Positions 38,613-51,552 are shown, counted from the first letter of the stretch. The stretch: DNA of 64,000 nt from Spizellomyces punctatus DAOM BR117 (GCA_000182565.2 KQ257453.1), one strand, 5' to 3'. Made by a program: numbers and translations. The notes: generated from the sequence alone by a model not told the origin.

Positions 38613-40613
38613 ATGGTTGACGTTGTCCTCATCATCACTGTGGTGGTCTTCGCCATTCTAGTAATATTAGCCTCCATATACTTCTTGGCATACTTCCAGC
38701 ATCCAGACGACAAATGGGTAGCATGGTTCCCAAAAATTGTGGTGGTACGTATCGGGACTGTCAGTTTCGTTTGTTGCGGCTCACCAACACTCAAAATTCC
38801 TTTTCATGTTATCTGCAGATAATAGGGCTATCACTGGCGTGTTACAATGTCTTCCTTCTTCCCTTGGACGTGGCAAATCAGAAAGGGCAACTCCAAGCGT
38901 CAGGAAACATACCAATGGCCAAAATCACGATTGCGTTTTACATATCAACAGTGATCATATGTCTTGTGGTTGTTCCTTTCACGGTGTTCTTTTATGAAGG
39001 GTCGGACGAAGATGATGGTGATCAGAGGTACATCGTCGTGAGAGGGCTTCAGTATTAGACTGTTAGCATGCATGTCGTGTGGCTCACTGCTTGAATCTCT
39101 TTTTGCAGATCATCCCCAAGTGCTTTTGCATACGCCATTAAATGGCTAGTTCCTATTCTCATTTTTATGGCCGGCCTTATTTTTGTTCTGTATTGGTTCC
39201 TTGGCTATGCGGACGTTCCCACAACCAAATTGACGAGTGTGCTTGTAGCCGGTGGAAATTTAGGCCTCAACTCATCGATCAATAGTTGCTTGAACACTTT
39301 GGCGCCAACGGGAAATATGACGCTTGTAAGACCTTTTGCTGTCTTTATCACTTTACCGATTATTAATCTTTTTCTTCATGAATTTCAGTGTCAATACCAA
39401 ACAGGGACGAACCACGTCGTTGTGTCTCCTCTCGTCTATATCGTGGCAATTGTCACCTTTGTAGGCTGGATTCTTTTCTCCATTTTTGGAGGAGTAGGTC
39501 TCATTGCCTTGCCCGTGGACTGGGTCTCGCAATTCCTGCATCGTCCTAAACCGATCAAAGCAAATGAGTATCAGGAAAAAAAGAAGGAGATTGGGCAGAA
39601 TGCACAGCTTCTGATGGAGGCCGGAAAAACGCTTAACGAGGATCTGAAATCTGCGACGAGATCGGGAGTGGCTGGGAAACGGTGGAGAAGAATTAAGACT
39701 CGTGAGACCGAGTTCAGAAAGGTAGGCGTGATGTTCTGTTCGAAATGAGCCGGGTTGACCAGAAAGTAATGGATGTATTACAGGATGTCCTCATTTTGGA
39801 GTATCACTATCGCCGCCTTGAGGATGCCTATAGAAATCAGGGAGGGAATTTCCTTCTCCAGCTCATTCAATTCATTGGCGGCATCATCGGGTACGTTGCA
39901 ATCTCCTCTACTTGGTAGTTCCTTGAGACATGTAAATTCAAACTCCCTTTGTTCTGCTAGTGGATTTCTGTCGCTGTTCTGGCTTTTGCACATAATCCTC
40001 TACCTCATTCCTTGGGCACTGCATACGAATCCTTACAGCCCATTTCTTAACGATTTCTTGAACGCTGTCAACAAGGTTCCTTTTGTGGGAACCGTGTTTT
40101 ACGCACTGTTCTCCTTCTATCTTTTGGCCTGCGTTCTGAAAGGTGCTGCGTCATTAGGAATGCGAATCTTTTTCATTCCTATTCATCCATTGAAGTAAGT
40201 ACAGTGGGTGTGACTGGTAGATGAAAAGGAATTCTCTAAACTTTGCCTTCCGCAACAGAATCGGAGAAACCATGATGAATTCTCTTGTTTTCAACACTGG
40301 TGTGGTGCTGATATGCTCCATGTCGGTCGCCCAGTTTTGCACCCTCAGCTTCTCTCGCTTTGCAAAGTATACCGCCAATGAATGTGAGTTCGTCCGGATG
40401 TCTTTTGCAATCGATAATATCATTTGCAGTTTCTTTACACGTTCCAACATTGCAGCAATATTCGGTGTGCAGATGCAAAATCTCAGGGGCATTCAATACG
40501 GATACGACGCCTTCATTTTCATCTTGCTAGGTTTTGCAGCGTTGACCATAGGATATACCCTCTATCGACCTCACAAAAAGCGACGAGAGAATATGATGGA
40601 CTTCAAGTATTGA
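38613..40613 (+). CDS. LMBR1-domain (LIMR family) multi-pass membrane protein
   Basis: YFQHPDDKWVAWFPK, LLPLDVAN, PFTVFFYE, IFGGVGLIALP, IHPLKIGETMMNSLVFN. Confidence 0.88.
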
Positions 40614-41384
40614 GGAGGGGAGCAAGATCGGACATGAGTACACTAATGCAAAAATACGAGGTGCAGATAATGACTGGAGTAAGGGGTTAAGACCATAGTT
40701 CGTTCTTGTGTTTGGTGAATATAGATCTATGTACAATGACTCTAAACTCTGAGAAACAACAGCAGAGAATTCTAGCAATTTTCTGCCAGTTACATGGTAT
40801 GATAATTGATGCAAAATTCCACCATCAAGACAATTAGCAGATAGTCTGAAATCATGATCGGAGCCTTCGGAGGTATCAGCTCCATGGAATCATCCGAGTG
40901 TTCTGTGATTACATAAATCGAACGAAACCAGTACCATGGATCGAGATTTGGGAGACACTTTTAAGCTTTTGACCAAGCACCTACCCACTGGTGCATCTTT
41001 GGCGGCGAGACTGCCCATCACTTTATCCCAGGGGGAACGCAGGGCACGGGCTTTACTACGACATTCCAACTAGTCCTTCTCCTATAATTCAACCCGGGTC
41101 CCCAAAGGAAGAGCAACCCTTCAGACGCCTCCCGCGTATAATCACCTTTTGTCAAACGAGTTGATGCACTCGTCAAGTAGCGTCAAAGTAACTGACGAAG
41201 CACAAAGATGCAACAATCTCGCACAAAATGAAAACGACCATCGGACGCCGGCAGTCGTTGAGCGAGGCTTGCGGAGGATTCAGTCATATGACTTTGGCGC
41301 TGTTGCTATGCGACACGGTGATGACACACCCTGCGATAGGATGCTCTAACGCTCTAAAGCTCATCTACGATTGCGCTCATCATA

Positions 41385-42646
41385 ATGTCCTTGTTCAGAC
41401 CCGCCTTCTCCCGTGCGTTGACTGCGTCACTTCGGCCTGCCTCATCATCCTTGATATCAAAAACCTGTGTACGCGCATTCTCTGCATCTGTTGCTCCTCG
41501 CGAGTTTGCTCGAGTTGCGGTAAGTGGTTGAAGTGCGCCGTAGTGTAGAAAGCTGCACTGTTGCGAGAGCACGGACTTAATGGTGGACACTGTACAATTT
41601 GCTGTAGTAAATTATTGTCGACACCTTGTATTAATAGATATGCCTTTTAAATGCCTAGAAACCCGCTCCCACATGGAAAGCCCAAGCTGTTATCAACAAG
41701 GAGTTTAAAGATATTAGCTTGGCTGACTACAAGGGAAAATGGTGCTTGCCATCTGATTTACTCTAGGCTTGAATTAACCTGTTAACTGATCTTCTCTAAT
41801 GCCGGATATCATCGCAGGGTTGTCCTTTTCTTCTATCCTCTGGATTGTAAGTTCACGATACGCAGGTCATTCCTCACTAGCCCGACACTGATAGCATCTT
41901 TTTATAGTCACATTTGTGTAAGGGCATTCCACCAGCACCTCTGCAAACAGAAGATCATCGACTAACTGTGCCGTATAGCTGCCCGACGGAAATTATTGCG
42001 TTCAGCGAACGTGCCGAAGAATTTCGCCAGTTGAATGCTGAAGTGATTGGCGCCTCCGTGGACTCTGTACACTCTCACTTGGCCTGGATCAACACTCCCC
42101 GTCGTGATGGTGGATTGGGTGACATGAAGATCCCTCTGAGTAAGGTTTTGCACGAGATCACCCTCCGTGAAACTCATTTCTAAGCTGATAAATTGAATAT
42201 GTCACATAGTCTCCGACATTACAAAGTCCATCTCTCGGGATTACGGTGTTCTTCTTGAGGAAAGTGGCTTTGCCCTTCGCGGCACCTTTATCATTGATCC
42301 CAACGGTGTCGTGCGGCAATTGAGCATCAACGATGCACCAAGTAAGCATTCCGCAACGTTTGATTAAGATCCAAGAACGGGATATCTCGGGATGCTAATG
42401 CTATTGTCGGTTGACAGTTGGTCGTAGTGTTGAGGAGACGCTCCGGCTCTTGGAGGGTCTCCAATTTGCTGATGAGCACGGACAAGTTTGCCCAGCTGGA
42501 TGGAAGAAAGGAGGTAATTTTGGTACTTTCTATGCCATTTTAAATCTAGACGCTTAATGCTTAATTGTAATTCAGGCAAGACCATGAATCCCGATCCCGT
42601 CAAGAGCAAAGAATACTTCCGTGATGAGCATGCGACTGGAAATTGA
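41385..42646 (+). CDS. Typical 2-Cys peroxiredoxin with mitochondrial presequence (PRDX3-like)
   Basis: Presequence [36 protein letters not shown] (across a 10-nt microexon), [16 protein letters not shown]. Confidence 0.92.
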
Positions 42647-43211
42647 ATCCAGCCTGGTCAGTACCCGTGGTTCCAAGCTGCAATTAGCGTCTATCTGCGC
42701 CGTCATGTGGATGCGACGGGAAATTGGTTCATAAATTCAACAGCATTGCACAGTTTCAACTTGTAGTATTCAATAATACAGAACAGTTCTATTGGCAACG
42801 CTAAGCATCTGGTTGGTGAGATACGGTTTGGTTTTTCCGGATGATGAAGACGCTCCCCTAATCAGCGATGTGACATCGCCATTCACAATCACAAATACGG
42901 CCCACTTGCGTAGCCATTCGGTTGCTGCACGCACACAGTACCGTGCTCCTTCCAGTTACTCTCGAAGTCCAGTGAAGATGGTTACCCTGCCCATCGGATG
43001 TCACGATCATCATGACAAGTGCGTCGAAATGGCCCGTTGAGTAACTGATGAATCGTAGCAGAATAACTGGTGGCACGAGTATGATTGCTGAGGGGTACTT
43101 CCTCGTACGATCTCCTACCGGGCTTTTGATTCACCATTGATATTCTGGAGGTTTTCTCGTTCACATTTCCATCGAAAGCCTGCCCGCTATAACTTTTTCC
43201 TGGGATCACTT

Positions 43212-43880
43212 CTATTCATCATGCCGTGTCCGTTCTGACAACTTTGAGGTAAACCAAGCAACGCCCATTAAACACAAATCCAGGGTCCCAATCCACGCGC
43301 TGAGTCTTCCAATGTCTGCCCAATTTCGATCATTCAAGTCGGGGCAATGACTACCGCCATAATTCCAACAATAAGTGAACATATTCACATTAATTTCCGC
43401 CAAAACGCACACGAGCAAGCGATAGGATACTGGAGCACAGAACTTTCGCTTGCTAAGGTTGTTTGTCAGCAACAGCACAAAGTCTACCAACAAAGCCAGA
43501 TTGTATAATGCTAATAGATGAAACACTCTTCCATATCCCACAGTCCAGTACAACGCATGGAAAAGGAATGGCGTCAAGGTGATAACGGACACCGTGTTGA
43601 ATTCCCAGAGGAAGCCGGCAAAAATGAAAATGGCAATCAAATGATGTAACGCCATGTTGGTGAATGCTCGTATGATATCCGTTTGGATGAGCTCAAAGGT
43701 ATAGAAGATAATGTACAAGACCAGGTGAAGGCGAAACTGAGAGACAAAGCGAAATGAGACCGGGGATTCGGCTGGAAAATGGCGACCTTTCGAGAAACAG
43801 TGGGCAAGGGCAATCGAAATTTGCAATAGACCAAACCCGTTCACCAGGGCATGGTAGCGCGTCGGAAGCATGTGGTCCAT
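43212..43880 (-). CDS. Uncharacterised multi-pass membrane protein, 222 aa, intronless (weak TLC-like HH motif)
   Basis: Several hydrophobic segments with membrane His residues (RLHL, ALHH, LFHA); no confident family. Confidence 0.6.
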   Translation of the reverse strand: MDHMLPTRYHALVNGFGLLQISIALAHCFSKGRHFPAESPVSFRFVSQFRLHLVLYIIFYTFELIQTDIIRAFTNMALHHLIAIFIFAGFLWEFNTVSVITLTPFLFHALYWTVGYGRVFHLLALYNLALLVDFVLLLTNNLSKRKFCAPVSYRLLVCVLAEINVNMFTYCWNYGGSHCPDLNDRNWADIGRLSAWIGTLDLCLMGVAWFTSKLSERTRHDE

Positions 43881-44259
43881 GGTAGAGTGGGATCTTGATT
43901 GTCAAATAAAAAAGTATGGATGCGTCACGAACGGATAAAGTGTTGATAGCGAAAGAGAGTCGAACGTTTTGTGGGTTCAAGGAGGGTTTGTCGGAATCCC
44001 GCATACGAGGACTGATCGTCGTTCTACTAAGTCGTCGTCGAATCGGTCATATCCCTGGTTTGCAATGATCCTTTGACGCAGGCAATGCCTCGACAGTGAC
44101 GTGGGACCAAGTTCCCCACAATCTGGTAATCCCAACGACGGCGCGGGCATCCACGTCATGCAGTGGAATGCATTCTAACTGGGAGGCACAGCAAAAGACA
44201 GTTGTTCAAAGGTCCGTCGTCGCCAATGACTTTGACAGCGATCTCCGCTGACACTCGCA

Positions 44260-45164
44260 ATGACATTTCTGCTTCGAACTATACGCCGCCTCCCTCGGGC
44301 ATTGGCCCGTTCACATTTCCAACCCGCACGCCGTTATCTCACCAGCTCCCGTCTCCTCTCATCATCCAACACGTCACCAGATCCATCGCCACTTCAAACT
44401 TTTAACATCTTTGAAAGTCCCTCCCCGAGCACAAAGACCTTCAAATCAGTCGGAAACACATCCTTCACCGTCGGAGATGTCCGGTTACAGGGGCCGGTCG
44501 TACTTATCAACGATACCGTCTTTATGTGGGATGTACCGCAGTTTGGTGCTGGGAGTGAACAGGTTGAAATATCCGAGACGATCATTGATGGGGAGACATT
44601 GATTAGACGAGGTGCAGGTTCAGAGGGACAGGAGATCGTGGATGACCCTTCCTCACCCTTTCATGGATGGACCACCGATCACTTCAAGCTATTTGAAGTT
44701 ACCCAACCAGTTCCTGGTACGTCGGAAGAGCGTGTTTTTTGTTAAAGGTTGCCCACATTTTAATTCGGCATACGCGGCGGCAGAATTATTGGTCATTGGC
44801 ACAGGTGCCCAGACGTACATCTTGCCACCTTTTCTGCGCTCATACCTTCACAAATTGGGGTTGCAGCTAGAAGTGATGGCTTCGGTAAGGGACAATTCAA
44901 TGCACTGCTTCACTCTGTTGATCATGTGTCGCTGATTGCGATGATTATCGGTAGCGCCAAGCTGCTTCGACATACAACATTCTCCTCCAGGAGGGCCGTC
45001 GTCCTGCAGCTGCATTTTTACCGGTGATTCCGACATCGTCTCGCACAGGAGAGATACTGGTCAAATTCAGTAAACCTGAATTTGAGAAACAAAGGGAAAG
45101 GGAGGCGCGGGAGCACCACCGCGCATGGGGACTACCAGGGAACCTCACAGGAAATACTAGTTGA
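44260..45164 (+). CDS. NDUFAF3: Complex I assembly factor NDUFAF3 (Mth938 domain)
   Basis: Presequence, FTVGDVRLQGPV, ELLVIGTG, LGLQLEVM, AASTYNILLQEGR. Confidence 0.88.
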
Positions 45165-45372
45165 ACGATGTGATAATATGTCTTCCAGCTTAGCCATATC
45201 ACTGGTTGTCCAATAAATAGAACAGTGGACTTCAAAACTGCTGTGAAACATAACGTATTACAACAGTATACAGGTCATCCCACTTCGGTCCCGCTATTGA
45301 CACTGGCTCCTCAAAAGATTTACAAAAATACCTTACACCAGATCCTAAGACTAATTACTAGATACCGCCAGC

Positions 45373-47331
45373 TTATTCGCGTTGACGGGGTCTGTAAAGC
45401 CCAGGGTTGTCAGCAATGCAAAGTGGAGCCAGTATTGATAAGAGCAGCGTTTTTACCTAGGAGCGCAGCGAATGATGTCGTCGACCCGCAAGATGAGTTC
45501 CGCTGCTTCTGATGCAGATAGAAGTACTTGCTTCTTCAACTTAAATGACTCTGTAATACCGAGTTCACGAACATCTGCAACTATTCCTTGGGCCATATCT
45601 GAATGTGGTGGGAAAGGCGACAGCGCAATTAGAACCCTATCCCCAGCAATAATAGAAGCAATGCACATACCTAAACCGAACGTCGATTTGCCTTCATGGT
45701 GAGCTGCGCGCAATTGCGAGACAAGCTCGGCACTGTCATACCCTGCATTGTCCGCAAGGATCGTTGGCAGCTGACGTAGCGCCTTAGCAAATGATTCGCA
45801 GGCAATCGCCTTTTTGCCTGGTGTCTTTGCCGCAACTTCCTCAACAGCTTTTGCCATGAGCATCTCAGCACATCCACCTCCAAGGGTTGTACGAGGTTCC
45901 TTTACTGTCTGAGAAAGCACGCAAAGCGCGTCATGCAGAGATCGTTCTGCTTCATCCAGGAGTTGGCCAGTGGCACCACGCAGAACCACAGTACAAGCCT
46001 CGCCCGCAGCTACCCCCGAGAACTTGATCAGTCTGTCCTCCCCAATCATGATCTCCTCAATCAAATCGCAGTGTCCTAGCTTGACTAGCTCCGGGTGGTC
46101 AAAAGTCGATGCGATTTCCCCTCCTGTGACTAAAGCAAGACGTTCTACACCATCAAAGTCCGCGTGCTCGATCGCCATGACACCGGAATCAGCGAAGAGT
46201 TGCTCCGGCCAGTTGTAAATCAGCTGACGGTTGACAAAGCAATTGATGCCATGTGCCTTAATCTTCTCGACCTTCTCCTTCATCTTGTCACGCTCGGCCC
46301 GCTCCAACTCGGCCAACTTTCCAGTTGCATCCACCCTGACGCGTGCTCCAAAGATTTTGATTTTGTCGGTATCCATAGGAGTGTTTGCTACGAGAATCTT
46401 GGCGTTCTCGATCCTTTTCGGTTGGTTTACACCGATCTTCTTGTCAAGAATGAAACCTTCGTCAAGGTACGAGTCGATAAGTTTACCCCCGGCCTTTTTG
46501 ATGATTTGGATGTTGTCAAGATTTGTGCTTCCCTAGAGGTTGAACAAGACATTAACGCTTTTGGAGGTATTTGCTGCAATGTCAAGTGCAGCTACCTTTA
46601 ACCGCATCACCGCGTCGACCGCAAGAGTGGCAAAGTATTCTTTGTCTTGCGACAGCACCTTTGAACTTAGCGTTGTTTTTGCAATGTTCAGAAGATCTTG
46701 CCGGAAGGCTTCAGTATTCTTGCTATTGTCCACAGCAGACTCTTCCAGGGCCTTGTAGGCAGCGGCAGAGGCGATACGGTAGCCCTCAATGATAGTTTGA
46801 GGGTGGATGTGTTGATGAACAAGCTTCTCTCCTTCTCTGAGCAACTCTGCGGCCAGAACGCAAACAGATGTAGTTCCGTCACCAACTTCATCGTCTTGCA
46901 CTTTTGAAATGTTGACCAGAACTTTTGCTGCGGCGTTGTCTAGCGCGATTGATTTCAAGATTGTTGCACCGTCGTTTGTGACTACAATGTTGTTGGTAGT
47001 CATGGATTGCAGCGTCTTGTCCATTCCTTTTGGACCTAATGTGCTTTTCACCAGATCCCCGACAGCAATGGCACCCACAAATGACGACTATAGCAGAGAA
47101 TAAGATCTTAGCATCAACACCATGAGCGCAACCCATTGTCGATGAAATAGACTCTTGGGCTCAAAATGGACATCTACATACCAAACGCGCATTTTCTGCG
47201 CGCTCTTCGGAAGCATTCTCCTTGAAGATCTCGACGGGTGCCAAACTCTGATGGTGAAAGGATTATGGCGAGTGAGAATTAGGCGGACGCGCGTCGACGT
47301 GAAAATCAGAAACAGCATCCGTTCCTACCAT
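45373..47331 (-). CDS. CCT2: Chaperonin CCT/TRiC beta subunit
   Basis: [47 protein letters not shown]-only first exon inferred. Confidence 0.97.
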
Positions 47332-47577
47332 ATCGATGTTCTGTTACTAAAAGTGGTATAGGTCTAAACGATGGGAAATCTGTCGACGAGTTGTTGCTGC
47401 GGAGGAGGGGAAAACGAAGCGTCTTGTTGGGTTCACGGGGCACGTCGCAGCTGTCGGACACGCAAAATATAGTGGTTGCTATGTGTCTGCATGGTTACTG
47501 CACAGTCATGCAACTTTCGGACAGGGTTTCTTCCATCTTTTCCTGTCCTCCAGCCGTCGGCATCGTCCAAAACGAAA

Positions 47578-47997
47578 ATGTCACGACCTGCACCACAACA
47601 TCCGTACGCTGCCTTCAAGCGAAAAGCACCAGTACACACTCCTTCAATACCTCCGGCTTCATCAAAATCAGCAAAGGGAGGACCGCCGACCGCAGCGGAC
47701 ATTGTTAGCAGTTATGCTCGCATTCCTCCCAGGACAAAGCTGAAACTGAGTCTAGGTGAGGAGACCATGGTTCCTGTTTGAGTCTTTTGGATTTTATCTG
47801 ACTGATGCTGGACAGGTCTCCTTGGGTTTGCTTCCTTGGGTGTATACATGACTTACAAATTTGAGGAGTGGTATCCCCTTGAAAAGAGAGCGCCCACCGT
47901 GGCGCCAGATGCAAAGTCCAGAGTGGATGTCTTGTGGGAAGAGGAAGAGAGGAAGCTCGAGAAATTGCAGAGTCAACGCAAGCCTTCTCAAAACTAA
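47578..47997 (+). CDS. Small uncharacterised single-TM protein (2 exons)
   Basis: Spliced ORF ...SYARIPPRTKLKLSLG|LLGFASLGVYMTYKFEEWYP... with canonical gtgagg/cag intron; basic N-terminus, one TM, charged tail. Confidence 0.6.
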
Positions 47998-48094
47998 GGG
48001 CAGAGCTCAGCCGTTATTTCATTTGTACATATTTTCAATAGCCTGTAATCTATTATCCAATTGCATAGATTCTAAGATCAGACTCAGACCAGTC

Positions 48095-51000
48095 CTATAC
48101 TTTTTTTGGTGAACCTGGTGTTGCAACTTCGTACAGAACGATGGCATCGTACATATTGGCGCCAAGCTGCTTTGCCACTTGAGGGTTCTTGAAGACTATC
48201 GACATGAAGAAAAGCATTATCATTTTCTTGGACAAGCAGAATTGAAATGACGAATATGAAACTTACCACCAATTTTTAGCGAATCCACTCGGAATCGAGC
48301 GTAGAAATTCGTGTGAATCGCCCTTCCCATTCCCTTATCAAAACAATTGTATGTTAGGATAACATGGCTAGTGATGCTAGGCAGTTCCAAATGTCTTGAT
48401 ACAGACCTCTACCACGACAAAATCAACATCCCTACATTCCGTTGTCAGCTCATCGCTGAGTCTCGTAAGATCCAAGCAGGGTGATGCACTACCGGTGCCA
48501 AGGGCGAGCAATCGCTGTTCCGCCCAAGCAGATCGGATAACCGGGTCGAATCCGGCGATAACTGGGAGAATTCCTCGCAGTTCGTGCACGGTGATATCGT
48601 TAACGGAAGGACTGGTATTGGCAGCTAAAACAACAGTTGTCCCCTTGCCCAGCAAATAGCGAGCAAAAGGTATAATGCCCAAAATGATGTCCGCTCCACT
48701 ATTATCGACAAAAATCACGGCTTTGCGGTAAGGGGATCCCTCGACCAACCGCTGTTTCAGTTGAGCCAATTGGCTGAACTGTTGTGGATGCCCGACTGTC
48801 TCCTTGGCAGTATCAAAGTCGAGCTCTCCCTTCTTCAACATCTCTTGAACTGATGTCGATCCCCAGTCATACATGTTCCCCGCCAAGACATTATCAATCA
48901 GATTATCGAGCTTTTTCCCTTCATCCTCCATGGCGTCTAATCGCTTTAAAAGTTTAGGGAGACCTTCCAGGGCAGCTGCATTTTCTTGCTTCTTCACATT
49001 TTCAAAAATGTCCGTAAAGCCCATCTCGCGTAGACATTGTTCACGAAGATCCAGAAGGCTGCGTATTGTGAGGGCACCGTACATGTTTGGTTCTCTCCGC
49101 AGCGCCTGTAGGTGTTCCCTGTACATGGCTTCAAAACTTGAAGCACGTGTCCGAGTATCTGCAAAATTGCCTCGCCATTGTAAAGCCATATCGGCCAAGT
49201 CGCCAAGGTTTCTGTCCAACAAGTCTATCCAATATTGTTGCAGTTTTGGGTCTTTCAAATCGGTTGTATCGGGCTTGTATCTGGATACATCCGCCAGGAG
49301 AGGGAATACCGTAAGATGTGTCGGAAACTCATCTAGTGCACCAACTGCTCCCAATGAAGATCCAGAGATTTTATCGACTCGAGTAAAGTTTTCAGTGAAC
49401 GATTGAATTCTACCGCGTTGAGGTACATGGCGTAAGAAAGCTCCCATAGCTCCCAGGTAGCCTTCATGTCGCAGAAACATTGCCATAATCTTTCCCTTTG
49501 ACCAGAAGTTGATTGCGTAGCTAAGGCGACAGGTTATTGACACCTGGTCGAGAGAATGTCGAACAAAAAGGATGTCGCATATCCTCACCTGAGGGTGTTC
49601 ATGGTTATCGGATGTCCTATGAGCGCCGTTGAAAGAGGTTCAGTGATTTATCCCAGAACGTGGGCGATGTACCATCATGTACCTCTGATGAAGAAGCCAC
49701 TAAAGTATATCCTGGAACGTAACGAAGATTAGCACAGACCTGGATGGTGCCGTCATCATATCGGCGATACCTTTGAATACCATGCGCTTGTGCATTCAAA
49801 TATGCAATCTGTCCAATATTGTTGCTGCAAAACGGTTTCTAATCCATTCCAGTTTCCAAACTGCAAAAACACCACACTATACCTCACGAGATACTGTACA
49901 AAATATCAGAATAATAAACATACAGGACATTCATGGCGTACAACGTACCAACAAAGACCTAGAAATATCCTCCTGCTTGAACTTTGATTTCCTCTCTTCC
50001 GGTGGAGTCTTGAACACCTTCCCAAATGACGATGCAATTGCGGATCCCTTCAATCCGATTTTGGGATAGTCGCTACGATACATCCAATAAGTCCGAAACG
50101 ATCGAACTGTGGTTACATGCCCGTCCATTGCCGACTAAAACGTACCCACCATAGATATCGCCAACCTAGATCCCTCACGTTAATGTCAGCACGGAATGAC
50201 GCCGATGTCACGCAGCCATACCAGCATATCCACATTCTTATTGTCACCGAGCTTTGATAATTCTGCGGCAAAGCATTACACCAATAGTGCAAGTCGCGTT
50301 ACGTTCACATGCATACCTAACATCTCATCATAATCCTTGGCTTCGGTTAATAATGAGAGTAAACCCCACAGTGTCCCGCCTCCCAATGACGTGCCTAGAG
50401 CCACGACCCGTCAACCAGAAAAAACTTTGTGGTAGTAATAACGTTAGATGTATACCGCTTATACGCTCATATGTTTCATCGCTAGTGACTTTAAGTATGC
50501 TAACGCCGGAGCCGATATTGACAAGCTGGAGCCCTGCTGGTTACTAATAATGTCTAATAATAAATCAGTACACAGCTCACTCACTAGATAGGGGAAAAGT
50601 TCGGAAGGAGTAGACTCAAACTGCATGGACTCTGCTCGACGCTCATCATATGTGAACACCTCATACGGAATTTGCCGGACCAAGAAGTTCAACCCTATTC
50701 GCTCCACCATGAGTTGCACACGTTGAATCATTCAATTGGAGAACTCTAAGGACCTGTAATCAGACTAAAAGCAACCCAATATGACTCAATTCATTCCATC
50801 CAATCAAGAAGTCATCAAGAGAAGAGAACATACCATTCCATTTCGTCTTCACGTTGCATTGTTACACCCAGCTTCTCTTTGAATAATTCTAACAATCTTG
50901 TGAGCACGAGTTATCTTGTCAGAAGGGCTGGACTTTGGTTTTACCGTAATATTTATGTGCACCTCCGCCAGTAGCTAACATTTATGACTTTTAGGTTTCG

Positions 51001-51459
51001 AAGAACAAATCCGAAGATGCAAAAGCAAACCTTTTATGACACGCTTTTCCACCGGTATTTGCCCATGATATCCAGTATATAAAACTTTGTGAATAAAGTC
51101 GACGCAATCGTTGATATGTTGAGTCTCGAACTTGACAAAGTTCATGCGACCTCCGGGAGAATCTGGGGTTCGCGAGAAGTACACTACTTTGGCTAAACTG
51201 CCACCCTAAACAAAACAGATAAATGAACATAAAGCGAGAGGACGGACTCGTCAACAGGAAAGAAAAACCTTACAATATCCACAGCGATCTGCGCAACGTC
51301 CTCTAATTGGTGAGGGAACAGGATATCCCTAATCTCGCGAAGGTAAGACGGATGTCCAAAGGTCCAAGCAGAAAGAAAACCAAACCTCGTCTCCTGCTTT
51401 TCAACGTCATCTTCGCTAATGGCAGCGCCTCTAACATTCAAGTTATGGTTGTTAATCAT
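48095..51459 (-). CDS. PANK4: Type II pantothenate kinase fused to DUF89/ARMT1-like phosphatase (PANK4-like)
   Basis: AVDIGGSLAK, TGGGAHK, REDEMECLITG, LVNIGSGVS, GTSLGGGT, FLRHEGYLGA, then LAGNMYDWG, FVDNSGADIILG, EGMGRAIHTN. Confidence 0.92.
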
Positions 51460-51515
51460 GTTTGCCCACCTGTAAAGATGTTCAACTCATTGAAACTTGG
51501 GAAACGTCCTGCTGA

Positions 51516-51552
51516 ATGAGTCATCACCGGTGACTCATTTCTGTCACGTGAC
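51516..51552. promoter_or_regulatory. Two AP-1/Gcn4-type TGASTCA sites plus E-box GTCACGTGAC in the PANK/PUP3 divergent promoter
   Basis: ATGAGTCAT 51516-51524, GTGACTCAT 51530-51538, GTCACGTGAC 51543-51552. Confidence 0.45.

Noticed and set aside
41385-42780. Selenocysteine/SECIS in the peroxiredoxin
   Set aside because: Both catalytic positions are TGC (Cys); no in-frame TGA, so 3' UTR hairpins are not called SECIS.
42982-43214. Readthrough or frameshift extension of the 222-aa membrane ORF into the 75-aa ORF downstream
   Set aside because: The downstream ORF is in a different frame, starts at GTG and has no recognisable motif or slippery site.
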